Shown here: one piece after another, positions 46,795-55,630 of the stretch
How the letters are laid out: every line of letters starts with the position of its first letter
Position numbering within the stretch: position 1 is the stretch's first letter
Origin: Candidatus Giovannonibacteria bacterium
Lineage (GTDB): Bacteria; Patescibacteriota; Minisyncoccia; UBA11713; 2-01-FULL-45-33
Length of the DNA: 64,000 bases
Direction of reading: 5' to 3'
Assembly: GCA_016432405.1 (NCBI GenBank)
Contig: CP066687.1
Span: 219,040-283,039 of the forward strand
Notes under the pieces: generated by a model
Databases searched by the model: none
The model's input: the letters and a program-made list of their open reading frames with translations, nothing else
Told to the model about the DNA's origin: nothing
Made by a program: the position numbers and the translations under genes

Positions 46795-47934
46795 ATGAAA
46801 AAATATCCTAGCGCAAAGCCGCATATCACCGCTAAAGAAAAAAAATACGTAATAGAAGTTTTAAACTCCGGTATTTTAAGTATCGGCCAAAAACAGGAAC
46901 AATTTGAAAAAAAATTCTCGGAGTTCGTGGGCACCAAGTATGCCATTGCTGTCTCTTCCGGCACGGCGGGGCTGCATCTCGCTATGATTGCGGCCGGCAT
47001 TGGGCCGGGCGATGAAGTAATTACAACGCCTTTTTCGTTTGTCGCGTCCGCCAACGCGATTTTGTACGTCGGCGCCAAGCCGGTTTTTGCGGATATTGAC
47101 CCTTTGACTTACAACATTGACCCGAATAAAATTGAACAAGCTATAACAAAAAAAACCAAAGCGATTTTGGTCGTGCACATCTTCGGCCAGCCGGCGGAAA
47201 TGGCTCCTATTTTGAAAATCGCCAAAAAGCATAATTTAAAAATTATTGAAGACGCCTGCGAATCTCTGGGCGCGAAATACAAAGGCAGGATGGCCGGGAC
47301 ATTCGGCGAATCGGCCGTTTTCGCTTTTTACGCGAACAAGCAAATGACTACCGGCGAAGGCGGAGTCATTGTAACCGGCGATAAAAGGATTTACGAGCTT
47401 TGCAGAAGTTTGCGCAACCAAGGCAGGGCCGAGAATATGCAGTGGCTGGACCACAACCGGCTCGGTTATAATTACCGGATGGACGAGATGAGCGCGGCCG
47501 TCGGCCTTGCGCAGATTGAGAATATTGATTTTCTTTTGAGCGAGCGCCGCATCGCCGATTGGTATCATGAATTTTTGGCGCCGCACGGCGGCTTGATTCA
47601 AGCTCCTCAAACGCATCCGCACAACACCCACACATGGATGGTTTACGTTGTCCGCATCAAAAACCTGCCCGACGGCAAGGCGGGTAAAAATATTAATCGC
47701 GACAGAGTCATACTTGACCTTCAAAAACAGGGAATTAGCACAAAGCCGTATTTGCCTTCAATCCATCTTTTCAGTTTTTACAGAAGCAGGTTTGGATTTA
47801 AACCGGGCGATTACCCGATCTCCGAAGCCGTGAGCGCAAGCGCGCTGGCTTTGCCGTTTTATATAGGCCTGAAAAAACAAGACATTAAATATATATCCAA
47901 TAAAGTCGCTGATGCCGTCAAAAAATACAACTAA
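46795..47934 (+). CDS. DegT/DnrJ/EryC1 aminotransferase
   Basis: SSGTAGLH, FSFVASAN, EDACES, AFYANKQMTTGEGG and GYNYRMDE. Confidence 0.9.
   Translation: MKKYPSAKPHITAKEKKYVIEVLNSGILSIGQKQEQFEKKFSEFVGTKYAIAVSSGTAGLHLAMIAAGIGPGDEVITTPFSFVASANAILYVGAKPVFADIDPLTYNIDPNKIEQAITKKTKAILVVHIFGQPAEMAPILKIAKKHNLKIIEDACESLGAKYKGRMAGTFGESAVFAFYANKQMTTGEGGVIVTGDKRIYELCRSLRNQGRAENMQWLDHNRLGYNYRMDEMSAAVGLAQIENIDFLLSERRIADWYHEFLAPHGGLIQAPQTHPHNTHTWMVYVVRIKNLPDGKAGKNINRDRVILDLQKQGISTKPYLPSIHLFSFYRSRFGFKPGDYPISEAVSASALALPFYIGLKKQDIKYISNKVADAVKKYN
47662..47685. repeat. In-frame short palindrome AACCTGCCCGACGGCAAGGCGGGT
   Basis: Flanked by AAAAA on both sides; related to 63382..63407. Confidence 0.65.
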
Positions 47935-48868
47935 AGTATTGATTTGCGGGGGCGCCGGCTATGTCGGCGGACATCTCGCCGATTTGCTTATGGAAAAAAG
48001 ATACAACGTTGCCGTTTATGATAATCTTATCTACGAAGATCGCTATTTGAAAAATATAAATTTTATTTACGGAGATATCCGCGATAAAGAAAAATTGGGC
48101 CGGATTATAAACAATTTTGACATTGTTATTTGGCTGGCGGCTATAGTTGGGGATGAGGCGTGCGCGATTAATCCTACTGTTACCAGAGAAATTAATCTCT
48201 CCGCCGTTCAGTGGCTTACTAGAAATTATAAAGGCAAAATAGTTTATACTTCCACCTGCTCTGTTTACGGGAAAAACGACGGCTTGCTGGATGAATCGTC
48301 GGAGGTCAAGCCATTGTCGCATTACGCTGCAACCAAATTGAACGCAGAAAAAGAAATTATGGCGCGTTCAAACGACTATCTTATATTCAGGCTCGGCACT
48401 CTTTTTGGCGCAGGAGACAGGCACGCGCGGTTGAGATTTGATCTCGCCGTTAATTTGCTGACCCAAAGAGCCGCCGCGAATGAGCTCTTGACGGTTTTCG
48501 GCGGCGAGCAATGGAGACCGCTAATGCACGTCAAAGACGCCGCGGAGGGAATAGTGTTCGGAATAGAAAATAACCTGAACGGCCTGTTTAATTTAAGCGC
48601 CAAGAACTACAAGGTTTCTGAAATCGCGGATACGATAAAAAAGATAATTCCCGACGCAAAAGTTGAACACGATAATGTCACGTTTGAAGACTTGAGAAAT
48701 TATAAAGTTTCTTCTGCAAAGTTCATGTCATACGGATGGAAGCCGCGGTATAGTTTGGAAGACGGCGTGCGGGAAATTTACCAGCTTATCACGGCCGGCA
48801 GGATTCGCGACCCAAAAAACGCCATTTATTCTAATGGCCAATATTTAAAAAATGCAGAGCGAATTTAA
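47912..48868 (+). CDS. NAD-dependent epimerase/dehydratase
   Basis: CGGAGYVG, LAAIVGD, STCSVYG, YAATK and RFDLAVN. Confidence 0.88.
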   Translation: MPSKNTTKVLICGGAGYVGGHLADLLMEKRYNVAVYDNLIYEDRYLKNINFIYGDIRDKEKLGRIINNFDIVIWLAAIVGDEACAINPTVTREINLSAVQWLTRNYKGKIVYTSTCSVYGKNDGLLDESSEVKPLSHYAATKLNAEKEIMARSNDYLIFRLGTLFGAGDRHARLRFDLAVNLLTQRAAANELLTVFGGEQWRPLMHVKDAAEGIVFGIENNLNGLFNLSAKNYKVSEIADTIKKIIPDAKVEHDNVTFEDLRNYKVSSAKFMSYGWKPRYSLEDGVREIYQLITAGRIRDPKNAIYSNGQYLKNAERI

Positions 48869-49889
48869 AAATAAGAATATTTTAGTCACTGGCGGCACAG
48901 GCTCAATCGGTTCTGAAATCGTCCGCCAGCTTTTGAAATTTAAGCCGAGAGTTGTCCGTATTTTTGCCAGGCACGAAGATCGGCACTACCAGCTGATGCA
49001 TGAATTCGGATTGGAAAACAACAAACTGCGTTTTGTTATCGGGGATATTCGCGACAAAGACCGCCTGCGAATGGCAATGGAAGGGGTTGACGTGGTTTTT
49101 CATGCCGCGGCTTTAAAACAAGTGGCAATGTGCGAATATAACCCTTTTGAAGCCGTGAAAACCAATATTATAGGCACGCAAAATATCATAGAAGTTGCGC
49201 GGGACCTTAACATACCTAAAGTTATCGGCATATCCACCGACAAGGTTGCCGAGCCAGAGGGGATTTTGGGCGTGTCAAAACTTATGGCTGAAAAATTATT
49301 TTTGGCTTCGTACTATTACAAAGGCGACAAGAAAACCAAATTCGCTTGCGTCAGATTCGGCAATGTTTTGGGCAGCCGCGGGAGCATTCTTCCTTTGCTA
49401 AAAAAGCAAATTTTAAGCAATGGCGCCGTGACCATCACCGATCCGCAGATGACGAGATTTGTTATGACAATTCCTCAAGCGGCCAATTTGGTGTTGGAGG
49501 CTGCCGGATTGATGCGGAGGCAGGAAATTTTTGTGCTTAAGATGCCGGCGGTCAAAGTTTTAGATTTGGTTAAAACCGCCGTCAGGCATTATGCGCCGCT
49601 TTTTGGCAAAAAAGAGCGGGATATAAAGGTCAATATTATCGGCAGGCGCGCCGGCGAGAAAATACATGAAAAATTGCTGGCCGACCATGAACTGCCGCGG
49701 GCGTTTGAGACCAAGGATATGTATATTTTGACTCCGCATGAAAAGGTTGTAGGGAAAGAATACAAAGAAAAGTATCCGGCAAAGTTGATAGCCGCAGAGA
49801 ATAAAAGTTTTTCTTCGGAATTTGCGCCAAAGCTTTCCGAAGACCGCCTTTCGGCGCTGGTCAAAGAGGCGGATTCACGCCAAATTTGA
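48852..49889 (+). CDS. UDP-GlcNAc 4,6-dehydratase (CapD/PseB-like, soluble)
   Basis: TGGTGSIG, HAAALKQV, EAVKTNI, ISTDK, RFGNVLGSRGS, MTRF and GEKIHE. Confidence 0.88.
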   Translation: MQSEFKNKNILVTGGTGSIGSEIVRQLLKFKPRVVRIFARHEDRHYQLMHEFGLENNKLRFVIGDIRDKDRLRMAMEGVDVVFHAAALKQVAMCEYNPFEAVKTNIIGTQNIIEVARDLNIPKVIGISTDKVAEPEGILGVSKLMAEKLFLASYYYKGDKKTKFACVRFGNVLGSRGSILPLLKKQILSNGAVTITDPQMTRFVMTIPQAANLVLEAAGLMRRQEIFVLKMPAVKVLDLVKTAVRHYAPLFGKKERDIKVNIIGRRAGEKIHEKLLADHELPRAFETKDMYILTPHEKVVGKEYKEKYPAKLIAAENKSFSSEFAPKLSEDRLSALVKEADSRQI

Positions 49890-51688
49890 TGGTTGTAATG
49901 CAAAGCGCCGGCAAAAAGATTTTCGGTTTATTTAGATTATTCGGCGAAGCCTTCGGCGATTTTAAATGGGCGGTTGCGGCTTTCGCGCTTTTGAGTTTTT
50001 TAAGCAGTGTTTTGGAGGGCATCGGCATAAATGCTGTTATTCCTCTTTTTTCTTTTCTTAACAACGGCGCCGGCGGCACCGATATTATTTCGCGGATGAT
50101 TGGGAAGTTTTTTAATTTTTTTTATTTGCCGTTTACTTTGCAGTATTTGGTTTTGTTTATTGTCGTCGTTTTTGTTATAAAAGCCATCGTTTTTTTTGCG
50201 GCCAGTTTTATCGCGGCAAAAACAACCTCGGAGTTTGCCCGCAGGAAGCGCAGCTTGCTTTTTAGCCAAACCCTTTTCGCGGATTGGCCATATCTTACCA
50301 AACACAAACTTGGTTATTTGGATCAGATTTTAACAACTTACATCAATAACAGCTCCGCCCTGTTTTCCTACGTCAGCAGTTTGATTATTGTTGCCGCTAA
50401 TCTTTTAATTTACATTGTTTTGGCAGTCAATATATCGGCAACCGTCGCTTTCGCGGCATTTTTTCTGGCGTTGGCGTCCTTTTATGTTTTTAGGCCTCTT
50501 TTTAGAAAAAACGCAGCCGCGTCTTCGGAGATGAGCGCGATTTTTAAGGATGTGGCACATTTTATAAACGAGAGCATTTTGGGCATCAAAACAATTAAAT
50601 CCATCGAGGCCAAAGATAAAATTGCAGAGCGCGCTGACAATTATTTTGATCGGCTGAAGGAGCTTGATATAAGAATTACTCTGGCGTCCATATTAACCAG
50701 CGCGCTCATTCAGCCGCTAGCCCTTTTTTTTATAATGGCGGCGCTCCTTTATTTTTATATGTCGGATCAGGGTCTTAATATGGCATCTTTTGCGGTAATT
50801 GTCTATGCCATTAATAAAATTTTTACTCAAGCGCAACAGGGGCAATCTTTTTTCCACTCAGTCATTTCTTACGAGCCTTACTTGCGCGGATTAATGCATT
50901 ATGAGAACGAAATCCGCGGGCGCAAGGAAAAGGATTTAGGCGAGCGCGATTTTAATTTCCGGGATCGTTTGGAATTTAACAACGTCCATTTTACTTACGG
51001 CGCTTCTTACGGGCCGGTGCTTAATGGAATCAATTTTTTTATCAAAAAGGGGGAGATGGCCGGGCTTATTGGGCCTTCCGGCGTTGGCAAAACCACCATT
51101 GTTGACCTCATACTGCGCCTTTTGGAGCCGCAAAGAGGCGCAATTACTTTAGACGGTGTTGATATTTATAACCTTAAGCTCAAGGAGTGGCGAACCAGGG
51201 TCGGCTATGTTTCCCAGGATATTTTTTTGATGAATGACACCGTGGAAAATAATATAAAATTTTACGGAGAGAACGTAACTGATGATGATATGATTGAAGC
51301 GGCCAGAATGGCCAACATTTTTGATTTCATTGAATCTTTGCCCGAAAAATTTAAAACATTCGTTGGCGAGCGGGGCATTCAGCTTTCGGTTGGCCAGCGT
51401 CAGCGCATAGCCCTGGCGAGAGTTTTAGCCAGACATCCAGAAATTTTACTTTTGGACGAGGCCACCAGTTCTTTGGATAACGAATCCGAAATTTTAATTC
51501 AAAAATCAATTGAGGGTTTGAGGGGCAAAATAACCGTGCTGGCCATTGCTCACCGCTTGTCCACGGTTAAAGCTTCTGATAAGCTTATAGCATTGGATGC
51601 CGGGAAAATTATTGAAGAAGGGTCTCCGGCAATGCTTCTCAAAAATGAGGATTCTTATTTCTTCAAAACTTATAATTTAAGAGCATAA
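49889..51688 (+). CDS. ABC half-transporter, lipid-linked oligosaccharide flippase (PglK/MsbA-like)
   Basis: Six-TM N-domain, GPSGVGKT, LSVGQRQR, LLDEATSSLD and IAHRLST. Confidence 0.88.
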   Translation: MVVMQSAGKKIFGLFRLFGEAFGDFKWAVAAFALLSFLSSVLEGIGINAVIPLFSFLNNGAGGTDIISRMIGKFFNFFYLPFTLQYLVLFIVVVFVIKAIVFFAASFIAAKTTSEFARRKRSLLFSQTLFADWPYLTKHKLGYLDQILTTYINNSSALFSYVSSLIIVAANLLIYIVLAVNISATVAFAAFFLALASFYVFRPLFRKNAAASSEMSAIFKDVAHFINESILGIKTIKSIEAKDKIAERADNYFDRLKELDIRITLASILTSALIQPLALFFIMAALLYFYMSDQGLNMASFAVIVYAINKIFTQAQQGQSFFHSVISYEPYLRGLMHYENEIRGRKEKDLGERDFNFRDRLEFNNVHFTYGASYGPVLNGINFFIKKGEMAGLIGPSGVGKTTIVDLILRLLEPQRGAITLDGVDIYNLKLKEWRTRVGYVSQDIFLMNDTVENNIKFYGENVTDDDMIEAARMANIFDFIESLPEKFKTFVGERGIQLSVGQRQRIALARVLARHPEILLLDEATSSLDNESEILIQKSIEGLRGKITVLAIAHRLSTVKASDKLIALDAGKIIEEGSPAMLLKNEDSYFFKTYNLRA

Positions 51689-51689
51689 C

Positions 51690-53204
51690 ATGAGACGATT
51701 ATTTAACTTGCCTATCCACCAATTTTTATTCGCGATATTCCCGGTCCTTTCCCTTTTTTTTCACAATAGAGACGAGGTTTCATACTACGAAGCCGTGCTC
51801 CCTTTTTTCGCCTCCGCCGCCGGCGCGCTGTTATTCTTTCTATTTTTAAGTTTTGTTATTAAGAATTACAAAAAAGCCGGAATCATAACGTCATTATTTA
51901 TTTTGTTCTTCTTTTCTTTCGGGGCCGCTTACGGATATTTTTTCCTCGGCTTTGCGCGGACAAGATATATTCTTGCTTTGTGGCTCCTATTATTCTTTTT
52001 GAGCGCTTACTTTATCTGGAAAACAAAGAAGGATTTGGATGACGTGACGCGCGCCCTGAATATCGCGAGCATTGTCCTTATGGCGATGCCGCTCGGCGCG
52101 CTCCTTTGGTACGAGTCAAGGATTGCGTTTTCGGCCGTGTCCGGAGATCCTAAGGCGCGCCAAAATGAAAGTCGGGCCGCGTATCCGGAATACAATAGCG
52201 GGCGAGGCGCGCCCGATATTTATTACATCGTCTTGGACGCGTACGCGAACGAAAAAACCCTTAAAGAACTCTATGGCTACGACAACAAAGAATTTATAGA
52301 TTATCTTACTGGTATGGGATTTCACGTTGTGCGCGAGAGCAGAAGCAATTACCCGCACACTTCATTGTCACTGGCGTCCACATTGAATATGAAATATGTT
52401 AATTATCTTGTTGAGGAATATAATGGAGACTATCCAAAAATTGCCAACGCGCTAAAACAATTAATAGAAGATAGCGAGGTCGCGCGTATATTAAAACACT
52501 ACGGCTATTCCGTTGTGCATTTAAGCTCCGGCTGGGGAGAAACAAATTACAACCGGCGCGCCGATTTGAGTTTCCGGGTTGACAATTCAATGGACCCGTT
52601 TTCAATCTTGGTTCTGAAAACAACTGTTTTGGGTCCTGTATACCAAAGGTATTTCACATATATTCAGCGAGAAAGGGTTCTGTATACTTTTAAAACGTTG
52701 CGCGAAATGCCTCGCCTGCCGGGCCCTAAATTCATTTTTGCCCACATATTGTCGCCGCACCCGCCGTTTGTGTTTAAGCAGAATGGTGAAGAAGTGCCGA
52801 ATGGCAAATATATGCTGGAGGGAGATATTTGGAAGCAAAAAGAGCAATATCTTGACCAATTAATCTTTATAAATCAAGTAGTAAAAGAAACGCTTCGGGA
52901 AATAATATCGGCGGACAGCGATGCCATTATTTTAATACAGTCGGATCATGGCACCTCAACGCTTGACAAACAGGACGCCTCCGCCGCGGCTTTTTTTCAA
53001 GAGAGGATGAGAAATTTTAACGCGTACCGTCTCCCGGGAATCAGCGGCGTTGAAGAGCGCGCGACCAATGTAAATACGTTCAGGATAATTCTTAACGAGC
53101 AATTCGGCTTCGATTTTGATTTCTTGGAAGACCGGAGTTACTATTCTGATAGCGCGACTGCTTATGACTTGATTGACGTGACTGACAAAGCCGATTACCA
53201 TTAA
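51690..53204 (+). CDS. Membrane-anchored sulfatase/alkaline-phosphatase-superfamily transferase
   Basis: Five TM segments, then PDIYYIVLDAY, SNYPHTSLSLAS, HILSPHPPF and QSDHG. Confidence 0.75.
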   Translation: MRRLFNLPIHQFLFAIFPVLSLFFHNRDEVSYYEAVLPFFASAAGALLFFLFLSFVIKNYKKAGIITSLFILFFFSFGAAYGYFFLGFARTRYILALWLLLFFLSAYFIWKTKKDLDDVTRALNIASIVLMAMPLGALLWYESRIAFSAVSGDPKARQNESRAAYPEYNSGRGAPDIYYIVLDAYANEKTLKELYGYDNKEFIDYLTGMGFHVVRESRSNYPHTSLSLASTLNMKYVNYLVEEYNGDYPKIANALKQLIEDSEVARILKHYGYSVVHLSSGWGETNYNRRADLSFRVDNSMDPFSILVLKTTVLGPVYQRYFTYIQRERVLYTFKTLREMPRLPGPKFIFAHILSPHPPFVFKQNGEEVPNGKYMLEGDIWKQKEQYLDQLIFINQVVKETLREIISADSDAIILIQSDHGTSTLDKQDASAAAFFQERMRNFNAYRLPGISGVEERATNVNTFRIILNEQFGFDFDFLEDRSYYSDSATAYDLIDVTDKADYH

Positions 53205-53223
53205 AGTATCTCGCTAAGGTATT

Positions 53224-53469
53224 ATGAAATATTATAAAACAGCGTTGTCCGGCATTTTGCTTTTAGGCCTTGTTTTTCCGGTTGTTGCTTACGCCTATTT
53301 GGATCCGGGCACCGGAAGCTACATTCTTGGAATAATTATCGCCCTTTTTGCGGGCGTTGCCGTCGCCTTCAGGGTTGTTTTGCGCAAAATTATAATTTTT
53401 CTCGGCAGTATTTTTTCAAAAGCAGCGCAAACGAAAAAAAAGGACGACGGGATAAACGGAAATGCTTGA
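53224..53469 (+). CDS. Small exported/membrane protein with YLDPGTGS motif
   Basis: Signal peptide ending AYA, then YLDPGTGS, a TM helix and a basic tail. Confidence 0.7.
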   Translation: MKYYKTALSGILLLGLVFPVVAYAYLDPGTGSYILGIIIALFAGVAVAFRVVLRKIIIFLGSIFSKAAQTKKKDDGINGNA

Positions 53470-54625
53470 GTTAGTAAGAGAAATAAAAGATTTCTGCCGT
53501 TTTTTTTGGAGAACCCCCGGAGTAAAAAGGGGAATAGTTTTTTACGCCGAAGACGGCGGTTTTTATCCCTACTTTGAAGGATTGATTAATGAGCTTATAA
53601 GCAACTACAAACAGGATATTTATTATATTACTTCCGGACGTGGCGACCCCGTGTTAAAAAGTCATCCTTTTAAACTAAAGCCGTTTTATTTAAATAAACT
53701 TCTGCCCATTTTTATGCCCCTTGTTAAATGCGGGGTTTTTGCGGCAACGCTGAATGACCTGCACCGGCTGCACATTAAAAGGTCTATCTACGACGTCCAT
53801 TATGTCTATGTTCCGCACACGCTCGTGAGTACGCATATGGTTTTTAGATTCGGCGCTCTTGATTATTATGATTCAATATTGTGCGCCGGGCCGCGCCACA
53901 TGGAAGAAATTATAAAAAGCGAGCAACTGTACGGCTTAAAACCGAAAGAGCTGGTTAACGCCGGATATTACCGCTTGGAGCGGATTTTTAAAAAATATCA
54001 TGCGCGCGGCGCATCCGCCGACGTCCGCGCCGGCGGCAAAAAAACCGTTCTTGTCGCGCCGTCTTACGGAAAAAATAACGTGATTGAAAGCTGCGGAGAA
54101 AAACTTGCCGGCATGCTTTTAAAAAGCGGATATAAAGTTGTAGTCAGGCCGCATCCCGAGACCACCAAACGATTCCCCGCGTTGATAAACCGTCTGCGCG
54201 AGCGGTTTTTTGCGAACCCCGATTTCTTGATAGATGAATCCATTGAGTCAGATGAGCAAACGATCAGAGCCGATGTTTTGGTGTCGGATTATTCCGGCAT
54301 TTCTCTGGAATACGCTTTTGGAACGGAGAGGCCGGTATTGTTTATTGACGTGCCGCTTAGAGTCAACAATCCAAGATATAAAGAGTTGGGTTTGGAGCCG
54401 ATAGAAATTTCATTGCGCGGTGAAATCGGGCTGGTTTTATCGCCGGAGAAAATAGATTTGGCTCCGGATTTTGTTTTAAAACTGATAGCCGAAAAAGAAA
54501 AATACAGGGAAAAAATAATTGGTTTAAGGCAAAAATATATTTATTCTTTCGGCCGCTCCTCTGAAATAGGGGCCGAGCACATAATGTCTCATTTATTCGC
54601 GCGGCGCGAAAACGACACCTTGTAG
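53462..54625 (+). CDS. CDP-glycerol glycerophosphotransferase (TagB/TagF-like)
   Basis: LVAPSYG, VRPHP and ADVLVSDYSGISLEYAF...PVLF. Confidence 0.78.
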   Translation: MLELVREIKDFCRFFWRTPGVKRGIVFYAEDGGFYPYFEGLINELISNYKQDIYYITSGRGDPVLKSHPFKLKPFYLNKLLPIFMPLVKCGVFAATLNDLHRLHIKRSIYDVHYVYVPHTLVSTHMVFRFGALDYYDSILCAGPRHMEEIIKSEQLYGLKPKELVNAGYYRLERIFKKYHARGASADVRAGGKKTVLVAPSYGKNNVIESCGEKLAGMLLKSGYKVVVRPHPETTKRFPALINRLRERFFANPDFLIDESIESDEQTIRADVLVSDYSGISLEYAFGTERPVLFIDVPLRVNNPRYKELGLEPIEISLRGEIGLVLSPEKIDLAPDFVLKLIAEKEKYREKIIGLRQKYIYSFGRSSEIGAEHIMSHLFARRENDTL

Positions 54626-55132
54626 TTCCAGGATCTTTACTCCTTTTTCTCTGCAGGTTTTCCTTGCCCTTTCAACAAGTTCTTCAAAGAGCTTATTATC
54701 AGCGAGGACATTAACATAAAGGTCGTCTTTATCAAACATAATATGCGTTGCGAGAATGCTGTCTATAATCTCGGCGAGTTTTTCAACGCCCGCTTTCGTT
54801 TCAATTTTCGGCACCAGATTTATGTTCCCGGGAAGGCGGTTTTTGATTGCCGCAATTGCCAAGGGCGTTTCAACGTTTGACACGGCGAAATGTTTAATTT
54901 GCTTGTAGCGCGGAACAAGCTCCAAGACATCGTCCAAAGAAATTGTCGGGAGAGGCGGTTTTGACCGTCCAGAAGGATAATCAAGATAAATATCGCCCGC
55001 GGTTTTATTGAGTAAATCCTCAAGCTCGCTTTTTTCCCGCAGCCACGCGACGTTAACGCGCGTCACCGCGCTTTCTCCGCGGAGAGATTCTACCGCGCCG
55101 TTTTTGAACAGGTGGTGAGAAACAATAAACAT
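54593..55132 (-). CDS. HpcH/HpaI aldolase / pyruvate-kinase-like barrel protein
   Basis: RVNVAW, VPKIETKAGV and IMFDKDDL. Confidence 0.55.
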   Translation of the reverse strand: MFIVSHHLFKNGAVESLRGESAVTRVNVAWLREKSELEDLLNKTAGDIYLDYPSGRSKPPLPTISLDDVLELVPRYKQIKHFAVSNVETPLAIAAIKNRLPGNINLVPKIETKAGVEKLAEIIDSILATHIMFDKDDLYVNVLADNKLFEELVERARKTCREKGVKILELQGVVFAPRE

Positions 55133-55133
55133 A

Positions 55134-55562
55134 TTAACTTTTCTTTATGCGTTTTATAAGGTCGCTTGTTGAGATGCCGTCATGATAGTCAAGGCGCACG
55201 ACGGAGCCGCCAATGGAAAGCATCGTTTCTTCTCCCGGCATAATTTTATTGCTTTTGTCCCATCCGGCGCCCGGCCCTTTGGCTAAAATGTGGGGTTTGT
55301 GAAGAAGTATGTTTTTGTCTGGCTTTAATTCGTCTTGCACAACCACTTCGTCAACATAAACGCAGTGCTTGAGGACTTCAATGCGGTGCTTGAGCGTTAT
55401 TGCTGGTTTTCGCTTAAAACTTTCCGCGACGTCGTCTGTAAAAAGCCCGACTATAAGATGGTCGCCAAGCGCCTTCGCTTCTCTTAAAAGCTTCACATGG
55501 CCGCTGTGAAATAAATCAAAGACGCCGTAAGTATAAACTCGTTTTTTACGTTTTTTCGCCAT
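55134..55562 (-). CDS. Cytidylyltransferase (TagD-like)
   Basis: YGVFDLFHSGH, KRKP, VDEVV and GISTSDL. Confidence 0.85.
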   Translation of the reverse strand: MAKKRKKRVYTYGVFDLFHSGHVKLLREAKALGDHLIVGLFTDDVAESFKRKPAITLKHRIEVLKHCVYVDEVVVQDELKPDKNILLHKPHILAKGPGAGWDKSNKIMPGEETMLSIGGSVVRLDYHDGISTSDLIKRIKKS

Positions 55563-55630
55563 TATGTAGAATAATATACCTTATTAGTCGCGGCGTTGCA
55601 AGATGCCGGCGGCAAAGATACAATAATTCA

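Noticed and set aside
46449-47078. 209-aa minus-strand ORF
   Set aside because: Antisense shadow of the acyltransferase and DegT genes.
54015-54036. CCGCCG...CGGCGG stem in the TagB-like gene
   Set aside because: Weak stem; cannot be shown to be an insertion without orthologs.
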